Assembly: GCA_965153355.1 (NCBI GenBank)
Contig: OZ231126.1
Span: 45,012,001-45,076,000, forward strand
Source: Flaccisagitta enflata
Taxonomy: Eukaryota
Length of the DNA stretch: 64,000 nucleotides
Direction of reading: 5' to 3'
Part shown: one piece after another, positions 1-11,085 of the stretch
How positions within the stretch are numbered: position 1 is the first letter of the stretch
Layout: each line of letters begins with the position of its first letter
Translations under genes and position numbers: made by a program
The notes under the pieces: model-generated
What the model was told of the DNA's origin: nothing
The model's database searches: none
Seen by the model: the letters and a program-made list of their open reading frames with translations, nothing else

Positions 1-1
1 T

Positions 2-1168
2 CGAGAAAAAACAACCTCAGAGCATGAGCATTATCTGCAAACTTACCTTCTTGATGCTAAAAATCGAATACAGTTTTGCCATGCCCTGTCAGCTCATGAA
101 GTCTTCGATCTAGCAGAGATGCCGCTCAGACCATCTGAAGGGGACCCCCAATGGAAAACTGATGCAAAAAAAATCATTAACGATTCATTTGATGACATTG
201 AAGACCTTAAAATAAAAGCAAGCCAATGCGTATGTGAAGCTGATAAATTGGCTGATAAGGATCTTTCAAATGTCAATTTGAAGTACAAAAAACTGTTTGA
301 GAGACTTGATTTGGATGCCTTCACCGGAGATTCAGTCAAATAAAGGCGAATGTGGAATTCTGCACTCAAGCTTAAATGTTTGGATGCAAGTGGCAAAAAG
401 GCTTTGAATACCTATGGCTCACTTTCAAGCGTGCAAAAAGTTGAGCATTTGAAAAAAGCAGTGCAGAATTTGGATTTCTTTCTGAAAGAAGCATGTAAAG
501 ATCCTGATTTTGGCGAGAGATGGGTGGAAAAAGACCTGAGAGAATTTCTCTGGGCCATCAGGTTACCCAATTTCAAGAAAGACTATGCTCTGAGTTATAT
601 ACTCAGCCTTGTGGAAAATTGCCGCAAAAATTGCCGCAAAAATTTCCCATCGCCTGTAGTCACCTTTTATGAAGCTGTGCTTTGCTTCCTCATGGGAATC
701 GGCTCTAAAACCAAACCTATTGAAGATTCCAAGTTTTCACGCTCATTGGAGCTATTTGACAAGTTACAAGAGCATGATAAAAAAAGAACCATCAGGCTGT
801 CCAAATATGCTATGCTGCGGGAGTTTTTAGGGGCTGAAGGAGAGATGAAAAGGCTTGTCGCCTCGTTCAAAGGATTGCCAGTGAATGAAGAGAAAGTTGA
901 AAGATGCACAGGCCGTGTAAAGATCTCCAACGATGAACAGGAGCACTATGGCAGGATCTCCTTGCTAAGTATTGGTCAAAGACAGTGTCCACGGAGAGAA
1001 AATGGCAATCCTATTGATGTCTATTTCACATGCCATAGTGTCCATCGAGCTGGAGACAGACCTCAAATTTCACTCTCTGCACTTAAAGGCAAGAAAGTTC
1101 GATTTATGCTCTCTTTTTCCATCGAAAATGGAATGGAGGCTCGTGATATTGCACTGACTGATTCATGA
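2..1168 (+). pseudogene. C-terminal part (helical region + OB-fold) of a SAMD9-family-like STAND protein; intronless here, one in-frame TAA at 341-343, 5' end outside window
   Basis: Frame 2 is open from base 2 to 340 and from 344 to TGA 1168. Motifs PVVTFYEAVLCFL, REFLGAEGEMKRLV and GKKVRFMLSFSIENGMEARDI* resemble the SAMD9 C-terminal motifs PYFLASLLFW, FFLGKG..LERLV and VSFYLGFSIGGPLAYDI* (recalled, not searched). Confidence 0.65.
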
Positions 1169-1364
1169 ATTATGCTTCTGATAGCAGACTGAAGGAAGCT
1201 TCATCATTATGAAACCACTAAATCAAATGACTAATCAGAAATCAAGGTGGCCTGGTCACTATATCCGCAATGGGCGATGATTGCTTTACAGAAGTTGCAT
1301 CTAGTTTTAATTGTTGTAACTTATTTGACTGATTAGATTGTTATATGTACAATGTAGAAGCTTG

Positions 1365-1370
1365 AATAAA
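1365..1370 (+). promoter_or_regulatory. Candidate polyadenylation signal AATAAA of the SAMD9-like gene
   Basis: First AATAAA about 200 bp after the stop codon. Confidence 0.4.
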
Positions 1371-1644
1371 ATTACACTAAGGAGGAATATTGAAAAGATC
1401 AAGAGGCATCATTTCTAATCAACAATTGAAATATAACCATCTTTGAATCAGCAGCTATATTTGCCCTCATTTTTCACAATACGCGGAGCTTCATAGTGAA
1501 GCTAAATGTCAACCAAACTAATTGAATGTTGATTCTTGTTTCCTGCAAAAGGACTCCTCAGACTTCTTTGAAGGATGTTCTTTAGCATGATTTTGATTAA
1601 AAAACTTTTAAGAAAAACAAAAGCTTTTTTAGAATCCTTACTTG

Positions 1645-2945
1645 TATGAGTTGGACCACATTACTTTACAACCAAAAATGAAAATAAGGACAAGAGAGCC
1701 TTAGGAGTTCCTAACAGAGTTTATTGTGCACCCTTCACACCTATCCTTAGAATTATCGAAAATCCATCTAAATTCCTATCAAAGAGCAGCTCAACAGTCA
1801 TTGCCTTTAATCAAGATTTTTCCCAACAATTGAGAACCCCAAACTCTCTATCAGTAAAGTAATCATACTCTAAATTGGAGCAAAATAAACCTTTTAAGGA
1901 CTAGTGAATCATCAAAAGACGATGTATTTACTAAAGGCAGTATTGTGAAGAAACCATACCCTGTAGTAAAGAATCAAGGGTTAGCCAACTGGGACCGCCG
2001 GTATTCCCAACCAAGGCACTAAACTAAATGAATTGGACAACATTACATTACAACCAAAAAACAAGAAGGACAAGAGTCTCGAGGCTCCTACTTGTGATTA
2101 ATGTGCACCTTTTACAGCTATCCTTAAAATTTTCAAAAATTCACCTCAACCTGAATCAAAAAGCGGCTCAACAGATACAAATTAACAGCAAGAAAAACAA
2201 AGAATTGTCAGCCATCTATGAAATGTGCTAGTGATGAGAAAGAGTACCATTACTATTGGCAGTTAAGTGAAATGTTGTGAAGAAACCTAACCGAGAGTCA
2301 ACCAACTGGGACCAACAGCACTCCCAACAAAGGTACTTAACTATATGAGTTGGACAGCATTACATTAGTCAGTACAACCAAAAAATTAGAACAAGGACAA
2401 GAGCCTTAAGAGCTCCCAATTAACAAAAATCCACCTCAACCCCTACCAAAGAGCTTCTCAACAGATACAGACAAACAGCGCGAGAAACTTACAATTGTCA
2501 GCTTTTTATGAAATGTGCAAGTGACAAGAGACTACCAGATGTGTGTGTTGAATTGCGATGCCACATTCCCATGCCCATCTGATCTTCCCATTGCAAAAAG
2601 CTCTTACCATCCATCACCTTAAATCAAGATTTTTTCCACCAATTGAGAAAAATCCTTTAAGTCACTTTGAATAAACCCCAAACTTTCAATTATATTAATC
2701 ATAATCCAGATTTGAGCAAAACACACCACCATAAGACAAGCGAATCATCAAAAGACAATGTATTTACCAAGGGCAATGTTGTGAAGAAATCATACCCTAT
2801 AGGCAAAAATCAAGAGTCAACCAACTGGACCGCCGGTATTTTCAACCAAGGTAGTAGGCAATAGGAGTTGGATGACATTACATTACAACCAAAAAATCAG
2901 AAAAAGGACAAGAGCCTTATGAGTTCTCTAAAAGGGTTCATTGTG
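1645..2945. repeat. Degenerate tandem repeat, ~520-bp full unit plus internally deleted units (4 unit starts)
   Basis: Motif GAGTTGGAC..CATTAC.TTACAACCAAAAA..AAGGACAAGAG recurs at ~1646, 2028, 2344 and 2863. Other shared blocks (GAATCATCAAAAGAC, CCAACTGG.ACC) recur in the same order. Confidence 0.85.
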
Positions 2946-3659
2946 AAAGGAAATGAATGGAAACATTGACTCAATCCAGCTGTCCCAAACATGAGTTTCA
3001 AATTATTCATGAAACTTGCCATGGTCGCGGGCAAATTCTATTTCTGATCTAAGTCTAGCACAGTGACATAGCTCCTTTTTCACGTGTGTGTGGAAAGAAA
3101 AGGGGAACGCAATATCTACATCTGGTTCAAAAGAAAAACTTTAGCTTATCATATTATTAATGATTTCAATGAGCAAAGATTGAGAGGAAAACTGAAATGT
3201 GAGGTTTACTATTTGGCAAAAACGTATTACTACCTTATTACTTTGTTTGTGATCTGGATATTCTTGTCAAATTTGGAAGCTCCAATACTATTTCACAAAA
3301 GCTCCTGACAATGGCTCACTTTCACTTACACATTGTTTTGTAGGCTGGACAATTGACACCCTCTTCTTGTAATGGCTTCTTTATCATTCTTCATCAATAG
3401 GAACTTTCGAGATTCGGCAAAAAAATTGATTAACCAATGATTTTAACACAGCCATCAAACTTTCCATGTGGAAGAAATGTTACACACTTTTTTTGTCAAA
3501 AAAAAAAAACATTCTTCTTATATTGCTATCATGCATGATGTACCAAAACTTCCAGATTTCTTTTTGAAGGAATGAATAGTACTAATTAACTTTAATAACA
3601 TGCTAAAACTGTTTCGACTTCCAATGTTCAAATTAGCAAAAAATGCTTCAAAAAGGCAT

Positions 3660-4520
3660 CAAGTGACGCGGGGTCACAATATCGTTGCAGACGGGTGGGC
3701 AGGGGCAGCCATCCACAAATACCCCACCCAACCCCCTAACCCACACAGATACATACACAACAGGTCGCCCAAGGGCAATATGTGGTCAGCGACACCCGTT
3801 GCCCTGCTTTGAGTGATTGTGAATTGGAGTGAGAGGAAGCAGGGCAGCGGCCCCAAAGGGGACAAAGTCCTGTAGAACACAGGGGGACTTTCGTTTGTCC
3901 TACCTGAAGAAGTTGATGAGATGCTATAGAGGGCTGACTGAAGGCATTCAAGAGCTTAAACTGAGGTCTAAGAAGGTCTGAGAATGCCGATCGGAAGCTT
4001 GAAAAGGCTGACTTGAGGCTTGAGAGAGCTGATTAAGGCTTGAAAGGCCAGAGGACTGATTTGAAGCCTGAGAGCAATAAATGGAGGTTTAGATGGCTGG
4101 TTTGAGGCCTGAGAGGCCTAATTTGAGGCATGAGAGGCCAGGTTTGAGGCCTGAGAATTTGGATTTGAGGCCTGAGAGGCCAGATTTGAGGCCTGAGAGG
4201 CCAGATTTGAGGCCTGAGAGGCTAGATTTGCGGCCTGAGAGGCTAGATTTGCGGCCTGAGAGGCTGGATTTGAGGCCTGAGAGGCTGGATTTGAGGCTTG
4301 AGAGGCTGGATTTGAGGCTTGAGGGGTCTGATGAAGGGGGGACAAACAAACGGACAAACGAACGGACGGAAGAACTAAAGTCCCTCTGTGTTCTACAGGA
4401 TTTCGTCCCCTCAGCTGCCCAAAAAGCTTCTAAGACGCTTGTTTTCCCACTTTTTGACTCATGGTCACGGACCAATGGATGGATGGGCAAAGCCTCTTAC
4501 AGAGTTGCATGTCCGCGACT
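3660..4520 (-). mobile_element. HINE/DINE-1-like element, subfamily C, split by a nested family-B element
   Basis: Flanks 3660-3760 and 4421-4520 join to match the intact copies at 26230-26566 and 45730-45942, including the GTGAC..GTCAC 3' hairpin. Confidence 0.8.
3761..4420 (-). mobile_element. Family-B element (GGGCAGCGGCCCC sub-TIRs, 21-bp GAGGCCTGAGAGGCyrGATTT array)
   Basis: Internal inverted repeats (GTCCTGTAGAACACAGGGGGACTTT / AAAGTCCCTCTGTGTTCTACAGGA) enclose the 21-bp array. Closely similar to the copy at 39617-41782. Inserted in an A/T run of the host. Confidence 0.85.
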
Positions 4521-4561
4521 AAAAATTGAGGGATTTAAATTTTAATGGCATTTACCTCAAA

Positions 4562-4721
4562 TAAGGCCGAATACATGGCAGTACAGTTGCGGACGGTTGG
4601 GCAGGAGCAGTAATGCAAAAACCGCTCGCAATTCAGAAATGTGACAGATGGACGGACGGATGGATGGACCGACAGATGGACCGACCGACATGACAAGGTG
4701 TAGAGTCGCGTGTCCGTAACT
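4562..4721 (-). mobile_element. HINE-like element, subfamily A/C, short
   Basis: AAGGCCGAATACATGGC end, GGAC microsatellite and AGTCGCGTGTCCGTAACT hairpin end. Confidence 0.7.
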
Positions 4722-4742
4722 GAAAGCAAGGATATTGTGTAA

Positions 4743-5515
4743 TAGTCGCAAAAGCGTTACATGGTCAGCGGTACCTGATGCCCCTATGTTAGTTTGTTTT
4801 GCTATGAGATGATGAGTGGGGCAGCGGCCCCGGAGGGGCCGATGACCTATGATTCCACGCTGGACAATTGCAGGGTCTTTAATACCTGATTTTGGGTCTG
4901 AATAGCCTGATTTGAGGTCTTAGTTGCCTGATTTAAGGTCTAAGATGTCTGATTTGAGGTCTGAGGGGTTTGAGAAGCTTGTTTTGGGGCTTAGAGGCCT
5001 AATCTTGAGTCTAATTCAGGGTTGGAGGCCTGTTTGTGGGCTGGGAAGGGCTGATGTGGGTCTGATAGGCCTAGTTTGAGGTCTGGAAGATCTGATTTTA
5101 AGTTTGAAAGGCCAGATTTGGATCTGAGAGAACTGAATTAGGTACTGAAATGCCTGAATTAGGGTCTGAGAGGCCTGATTTGAGGTCTGGATGGCCTGAT
5201 CAGAGGCCCAAAAGGCCTGATTTTAGATCTGAAAGGCCTGATTGGGGTTCTTAGAGGCCTGGTTAGGATTCAGGAGGCCTAATTTGAGGTCTGGAAAGCT
5301 TGATTTGGGGTCTGACAGGCCTGATTGAGGCTCTGAGAGGCCTAAATTGAGGTCTGGAAGCCTGATTTAGGATCTGATAGGCCTGATTGAGGTCCTGGGA
5401 GGCCTAAATTGGGGTCTGGAAGGCCTGATTTGGGATCTGATAGGCCTGATTGGGGGTCTGAAAGGCCTATTTTGAGGCCCAGGAGGCTATTTTCTAGGCT
5501 CCGGGGCCGGTGCCC
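4743..5515 (-). mobile_element. Family-B element with degenerate AGGCCTGATTT minisatellite cargo
   Basis: TAGTCGCAAAAGCG..GGTCAGCGGTACC tail, GGGGCAGCGGCCCC sub-TIR, and GGGGCCGGTGCCC-AAAAA at the other end. Confidence 0.75.
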
Positions 5516-5657
5516 AAAAAGAATGGTCTGAAATGGAGACTTGATGATAGTGTAGAGGTCTCAAGATAGATACAGAAGCTAAAATCCTTAAAAAGGCTAA
5601 AATGACAATCTGCAAAAAGACAATTTCGGCCAGGATTCTCACTTGCAAAATTCTTAA

Positions 5658-6671
5658 AAAAAAAAAAAAATGGACCCATCCCAGATTTTTGCACAGGGGA
5701 CCTAAAAAGGCTGTAGAACAAGATTCTGATGTTCATTTTGACCTAACTTGAGCCAAAAGAAACGTTTTTATTGCAAAAAACGGCTATTTTTCCTAAAAAA
5801 ATGGTATTAAATGAAATGTTTTTGACTTTTTTTTTACAGAAACATAAAGTCCCAATAGTAATTGATATTTGAGTGACTCTAGAACAATTTTGAATCGGTC
5901 TATGAGGTTCAAAAATAGAATTAAAATGCTCAAAAATGAAGAAATGACCTAAAAATTATAAAATTGTCAAAACTGATGTTTTGGAACAGTTTCTTAGGGT
6001 AAAATATGCTGTCAGTATGAATTTCATTGATTTACTTAAAAAAACATGGCCGTGATAAGCGAAAAACGCAAAACAGCAATATGCAAATGAGGTCAAAGTG
6101 CGGTTTTTGCACATGTGTACATTAGTTGATTTTATTGCTTTTCCATACCAAACAAACACTTTTCTGGAGGAATGCAAGTGTTTTCCCCCCTCTAAAGCCA
6201 TTTTTTGCAAAAACCGCACTTTGATCTCATTTGCATATTGCGGTTTTGCGTTTTTCACATATCACGGCCATGTTTTTTTAAGTAAATCGATGAAATTCAT
6301 ACTGACAGCATATTTTTCCCTAAGAAACTGTTCCAAATCATCAGTTTTGACGATTTTTTAATTCTTAGGTCATTTCATCATTTTTGAGCATTTTAATGCT
6401 ATTTTTGAACCTCATAGACCTATTAAAAATTGTTCTACATTCACTCAAATATCAATTACTATTGGTACTTTATGTTTCTGCAAAAAAAAGGGCCAAAATA
6501 TTTCATTTAATGCCATTTTTTTAGGAAAAATAGCTGTTTTTTGCACTAAAACCCGTTTCTTTTTTTCTTGGCTCAAGTTAGGTCAAAATGAACATCAGAA
6601 TCTTGTTCTACAGCCTTTTTAGGTCCCCTGTGCAAAAATCTGGGATGGGTCCATTTTTTTTTTCATAACCC
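5658..6671. mobile_element. ~1-kb foldback MITE with ~450-bp inverted arms, TTAA-flanked (Kolobok- or piggyBac-like target)
   Basis: 5658-~6112 is the near reverse complement of ~6205-6671 (e.g. TGGACCCATCCCAGATTTTTGCACAGGGGACC / GGTCCCCTGTGCAAAAATCTGGGATGGGTCCA). TTAA at 5654-5657 and 6672-6675. Confidence 0.85.
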
Positions 6672-7112
6672 TTAAAATTGAGATTTTCTCCATCGAGATT
6701 CCTGGCCGATTTTGCCTTTTTAAAGGATTTTTGCTTCAATCTATCTTAAAACCAATAAAGTGTCATTGAATTTCTATTTATACTATTTTTGTGTCACATG
6801 AAACTTTTTTTTTCAGGTTGCTGGTATGAAATCTCCAATTTTTTCTATTTTTGAGCATTTTTTCTTAATATGTCATCTCTATGGTGACCGAGGTGAATGA
6901 ATTTTTAGAATCTTCTAAAAGTAAAGTAGTACTATTTGTTCCTTAACGTAAAAAAAGAAAAAAATTGGTATATCAAGGCAAAATCATCAAAAATGGTGTT
7001 CTTTTGGATAAAAAAGTGCCCAACATTGGCAAAACGGTTGGGCGGAGGTCACTGGGTTTTTTGCGGTGCAAATTTAAATCTGTAAGCAAAAATCTGGAGA
7101 TGGTTCCTTTTT

Positions 7113-7604
7113 GGGCAGCGGCCCCGAAGGGGTCGATGACCTATGCTTTCACACATATGGGGAATTTTCTCCTCCTCCTTCTTCTCCTCCTCCTCCTTCA
7201 TACCCCTCCCCCCAGCCTCCAGGCCCACATCTCAGCCTGGAGGCCCATATCCCAGCCTCGAGGCTCAAATCCCAGTCTTGAGGCCCAAATCCCACCCTCA
7301 AGGCCCAAATCCCAACCCCAAGGCCAAGAATCCAGTGTCTAAGGATTTGGGCCTCAAGACTGGGATTTGGGCCTCGAGGCTGGGATATGGGCCACCAGGC
7401 TGAGATGTGGGCCTGGAGGCTGGGGGGAGGGGATGGGGGTGCGGAGGAGGAGGAGGAGAAGAAGGAGGAGGAGAAAATTCTCCATATGTGTGAAAGCATA
7501 GGTCATCGACACCTTTGGGGCCGCTGCCCTGCTCCCCCCTCAACTTCAACTATCCACTTAAGCAGGGCACGGGTACCGCTGACCATCTAACGCTTTTGCG
7601 ACTA
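7113..7604 (+). mobile_element. Family-B element with palindromic internal cargo
   Basis: TTTTT-GGGCAGCGGCCCC start; internal mirror (TATGCTTTCACACATATGG / CCATATGTGTGAAAGCATA); GGGGCCGCTGCCC followed by a tail ending CGCTTTTGCGACTA-TT. Confidence 0.85.
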
Positions 7605-8469
7605 TTTTTTCTGAACTCTAAAACTCTAAAACTTTAAAACTTTAAAATTGAGATTACCGACTATTTGACATTAGACCAAAAGGGTTATCTATCTAAACTG
7701 GCAAAAAGTATCATGCTTTTATTACTTGATGTATATTGTTCTGAACCGTTGTTTTGCCACATTACTTTGATGTTAAACAAATAGATTAAGCTCAACTAAA
7801 CAGCTGATCGCAAAAAAATGCCTTTTTAGGTTAACGTTTTGAATTGAAACCAGTCTAGCAACAAGAGATATTGGGTCTTCAAATCAAAATTGTAAATAAT
7901 TATGGCAAAGAAAAAAAAGTGAACAATTTGTTTTGTAAGTGTCTGCTTAACTATGGGCCATAGAAAATCCATGACCATTTGAAAGCTCAGCGAAAAATCT
8001 TCCAAATGCGACGTTGCTGGTCGTTGTAGCTTTACCATATGGATAAAAAAAAAGACGCACTTTTTGATAGTAAATTTTGCCTATAATGTTAAAGGAAACT
8101 AAGTAAAATCTTAAGTCATTTGAAAGCCCTTCGAAAGTACTTTCATTTGGCACCAATCTGGTAATGCTATCTTTTTTTGTTTATAAATGGCATTAGTTTG
8201 AATAAAAACATTACCTATTTTAGTTTGCAATCCCTATGTAAAAATGCATTTTTGCAAAATAGTGCTTCTCTTTGCAGGGCTCTAGCTTCCAAACCGTTTG
8301 AGCTACAAACTTGGAATTGGTCTAGATTGAAAGAGAATTTGGGAATCTTTCAAAATGTTTTTTTTAAAAATAATCAAAAATAATTTCTATATGTAATTGA
8401 TAAATAGGTGCGTCTTTTTTTTTGATCCAAGTGGTATTCCCTTAGAAGTGGCAAAGGTTTGAAGAAAAA

Positions 8470-9414
8470 CAAGGCCGGATACACGGCTACCGAAGTCGCG
8501 TGCGGGTGGGCAGGGGCCATATTTGAGGTCACCAGACCATTTGGGCAGGAGCAGTGAGGTCAAAGAAATAAAATCATACCCTGCTTTCAAAAGCAAGTGT
8601 TACCGGCAAAACCTTTATTGCGTCTGAAGTATTCATTTTTGGAAATTCAGATTGGATTTGCCAAAAAGCATATAACCTACCATTTGTTCATGCAAAATTT
8701 CAAAGGACTAGCTCAAGCCGTATGGCTTCCACATGATTTTGAATGAAAGTGAGATATTCTCCATAAGAGGATTATTTAAAAATAGATTAACTGACACTGT
8801 GACTTAAAATCATTGTCATTTCTTAACAAATCAAGCAAAAATGGCCAGATTTGTCTTGAAAAAAGAATATCAGTCTCAGTTTACGTATTTCTGTGGAAAA
8901 ATACCAAATCATTGAAATTTATGAGGAAAGTCTAGGTTTTCTTTTGATTTTTTGAAGTTTGAGCAGGTTTCAAATGAATTTCAGGACCAAAATTTCTTAT
9001 AAAATGGTGAAAAACGAAAGTGAATAAAATGAAGTGTCAATTATTGACTTTACATGACTTATTTGGTCATTCAAGCTCATAATGTGAAATATTTATAAAG
9101 GTTCCTAGGTGCAAAATCTGTCAAACATGTGTATTTTAGTCAAATTTTGCTTAAATTTCACAAAATTTCAAAAACGTGTGGACGATTAACCGCTAGACCC
9201 AGCATGATGAAATTTTGCATGAAAAAATGGTAGGTTATGTGCTTTCAGACAGAACCAACCGGATTTTCTAAAAATGAATACTTTATGCACAATAAAGTTT
9301 TTACTGGTAACACTTGCTTTTGAAAGCAGGGTAAAAAAAAGTAAAGTGTGACCGACCAACCGACCAACCAACCGACCGACCGACCGACGGACAAAGCGGG
9401 TTGTAGACGCGACT
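8470..9414 (-). mobile_element. HINE-like subfamily A element split by a TA-flanked MITE
   Basis: CAAGGCCGGATACACGGCTACC..AGTCGCGTGC end, GACC microsatellite and ACGCGACT-AAAAA end. Matches the intact copy at 57807-57989. Confidence 0.85.
8579..9331. mobile_element. MITE with ~120-bp imperfect TIRs (CCCTGCTTTCAAAAGCAAGTGTTACC) and TA target duplication
   Basis: The first 26 bp of the TIRs are perfect, and TA lies on both sides. The empty site AATCATAAAAAAGTAAAGTG is visible (reverse strand) in the host copy at ~57870-57890. Confidence 0.9.
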
Positions 9415-9446
9415 AAAAATTGAAAAAAGTGCTCATTTCAATTTTT

Positions 9447-10607
9447 AGTCGCGTGCTACGCGACTCTACACCCCGCTATGTCGGTCGGTTGGTCGGTTGG
9501 TCGGTTGGTCCCCTTTTTAGATGCGTCCTCGCATCTCTATAAGAGGGTCTGTCCCTTTGTCTGCGTGTCCGCGTGTCTGTCTGTATGAAATAGGAAAATT
9601 TCAAAATGTGATTTTCAAGGTTTTCTCTCCATTTCTCTTCATGTATCTTCTTGGCTCTTATATTTCTCATGTCTCTTTTGTCTCTTTTGTCTCTTTCGTC
9701 TCTTTTGTCTCTTTTTTCTCTTTTGTCTCCTATATGTCTCATATGTCTCCAATGTGTCTCTTATATCTCTTATGTCTCTTATTTCTCTTATGTATCTTAG
9801 GTCTCTTGTGTCTCTTTGTCTCTTTTGTCTCCTATATGTCTCCTATATATCTCTTATGTCTCTTGTGTCTCCTATAAGTCTCATATGTCTCTTATGTCTC
9901 TTATATCTCTTTTATCTCATATCTCTTATATCTCTTATGTCTCTTATAACTCTTCTATCTCTTATGTCTCTTATGTCTCTTAAGTCTCTTATGTCTCTTC
10001 ATGTCTCTATATGTCTCTCATGTCTCTCGTGTCTCTATATGTCTCTCATGTTTCCTCATGTCTCTCCATGTCTCTCCAAGTCCCTTCATGTCTCTCCGTG
10101 AGGATGAGGCCGGGGAGGTGTGGGGAGGCGCGAGGGGAGGCGTGGGGGGGGAAAGGTGGGGAGGCGTGGAGGGGAGGTGTGGGGGGAGGGGTGGAGGGGA
10201 GGCGTGGGGAGGGGTGGGGGGAAGGAGGGAGGCGTGTGGGGTGGGGAGGGGTGGGGTGGGGGGGGGAGGGTTGGGGAGGGGTGAAGAGTTGTGGGGGGGG
10301 GAGAGAGGAATCAGTTTATATTTTCCTCTTTATCTCTGAATCTTTATATTTTCATATAATTATATTCTAATATCTTTATATCTTAATAATTTGTATGATA
10401 TTATCTTACATCTAAAGAGGACGCATCTATTGGACATCTCTTGGCCTTGTTACTTTTTTAGCCGGTGGTCAGTTGGTCCTCTTTTTTCTTTTTTAGCGTT
10501 TTTGAGTTTTTTGAGCATACAGCTCCGGCCCAGATGCCCTAGTGACCGTCTTCAGCATTGCTCCTGCCCACCCGCACGCGACTAGGGTAGCCGTGTATCC
10601 GGCCTTG
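9447..10607 (+). mobile_element. HINE-like subfamily A element hosting a nested subfamily D element
   Basis: TTTTT-AGTCGCGTGCTACGCGACT 5' hairpin and GCACGCGACT..GCCGTGTATCCGGCCTTG-TT 3' end. Colinear with the copy at 22698-22896. Confidence 0.85.
9519..10449 (+). mobile_element. HINE-like subfamily D element with (TATGTCTCT)n and G-rich cargo
   Basis: 5' hairpin AGATGCG-TCCT-CGCATCT; the 3' sub-TIR GAGGACGCATCTA (10417-10429) is the exact reverse complement of TAGATGCGTCCTC; ends GGCCTTG-TT; inserted in a T run. Confidence 0.8.
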
Positions 10608-10909
10608 TTTTTACAAATAGCACTTTTTGAGTTTCCGTTATGTCAATGTTGCAGCTCAGGATTTTCTTTGCTACTGCCTACTTGTTATCCATGGCCATGG
10701 ATGAGCAAATCAAAAAGATTCAATTTTTAGCGCAAAGAACAAATTTCTGACTCAATGCATGCATTTAACTTTTAAGTTAGGATCGAGATAATCCATGAAA
10801 ATCATGTATTGAATTTCCAAATTCTTGACTACCTGTTTTCATCCTCATGCCATTTCTAAACGGATAAAGCAAGGACATCCAGCAAAATATTGATAATCAA
10901 GTGGGAAAA

Positions 10910-11085
10910 CAGTAGGACCCCTCCTCATCGGTCTCATTGGTACTGAAGATTGTTCACTTTTACTTCAGGTTCACTTTTAAAGAGAGGTGAAATCACATTA
11001 CCAACTATTATTTGGGACCTTAAAATGTTGACCTTCATTGATGGGGAACCATTAAAGGCGGATCTGTTATTGCGGGGTTCCAATG
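10910..11085. mobile_element. Degenerate pogo/Tigger-like MITE
   Basis: Imperfect TIRs CAGTAGGACCCC / GGGGTTCCAATG followed by TA. Confidence 0.45.

Noticed and set aside
4093..4545. ORFs with heptad repeats (LRPERLD / SGLKSSL), also at 40677-41498 and 44502-45194
   Set aside because: Translations of the 21-bp minisatellite inside family-B elements. Open on both strands, with no splice or domain support.
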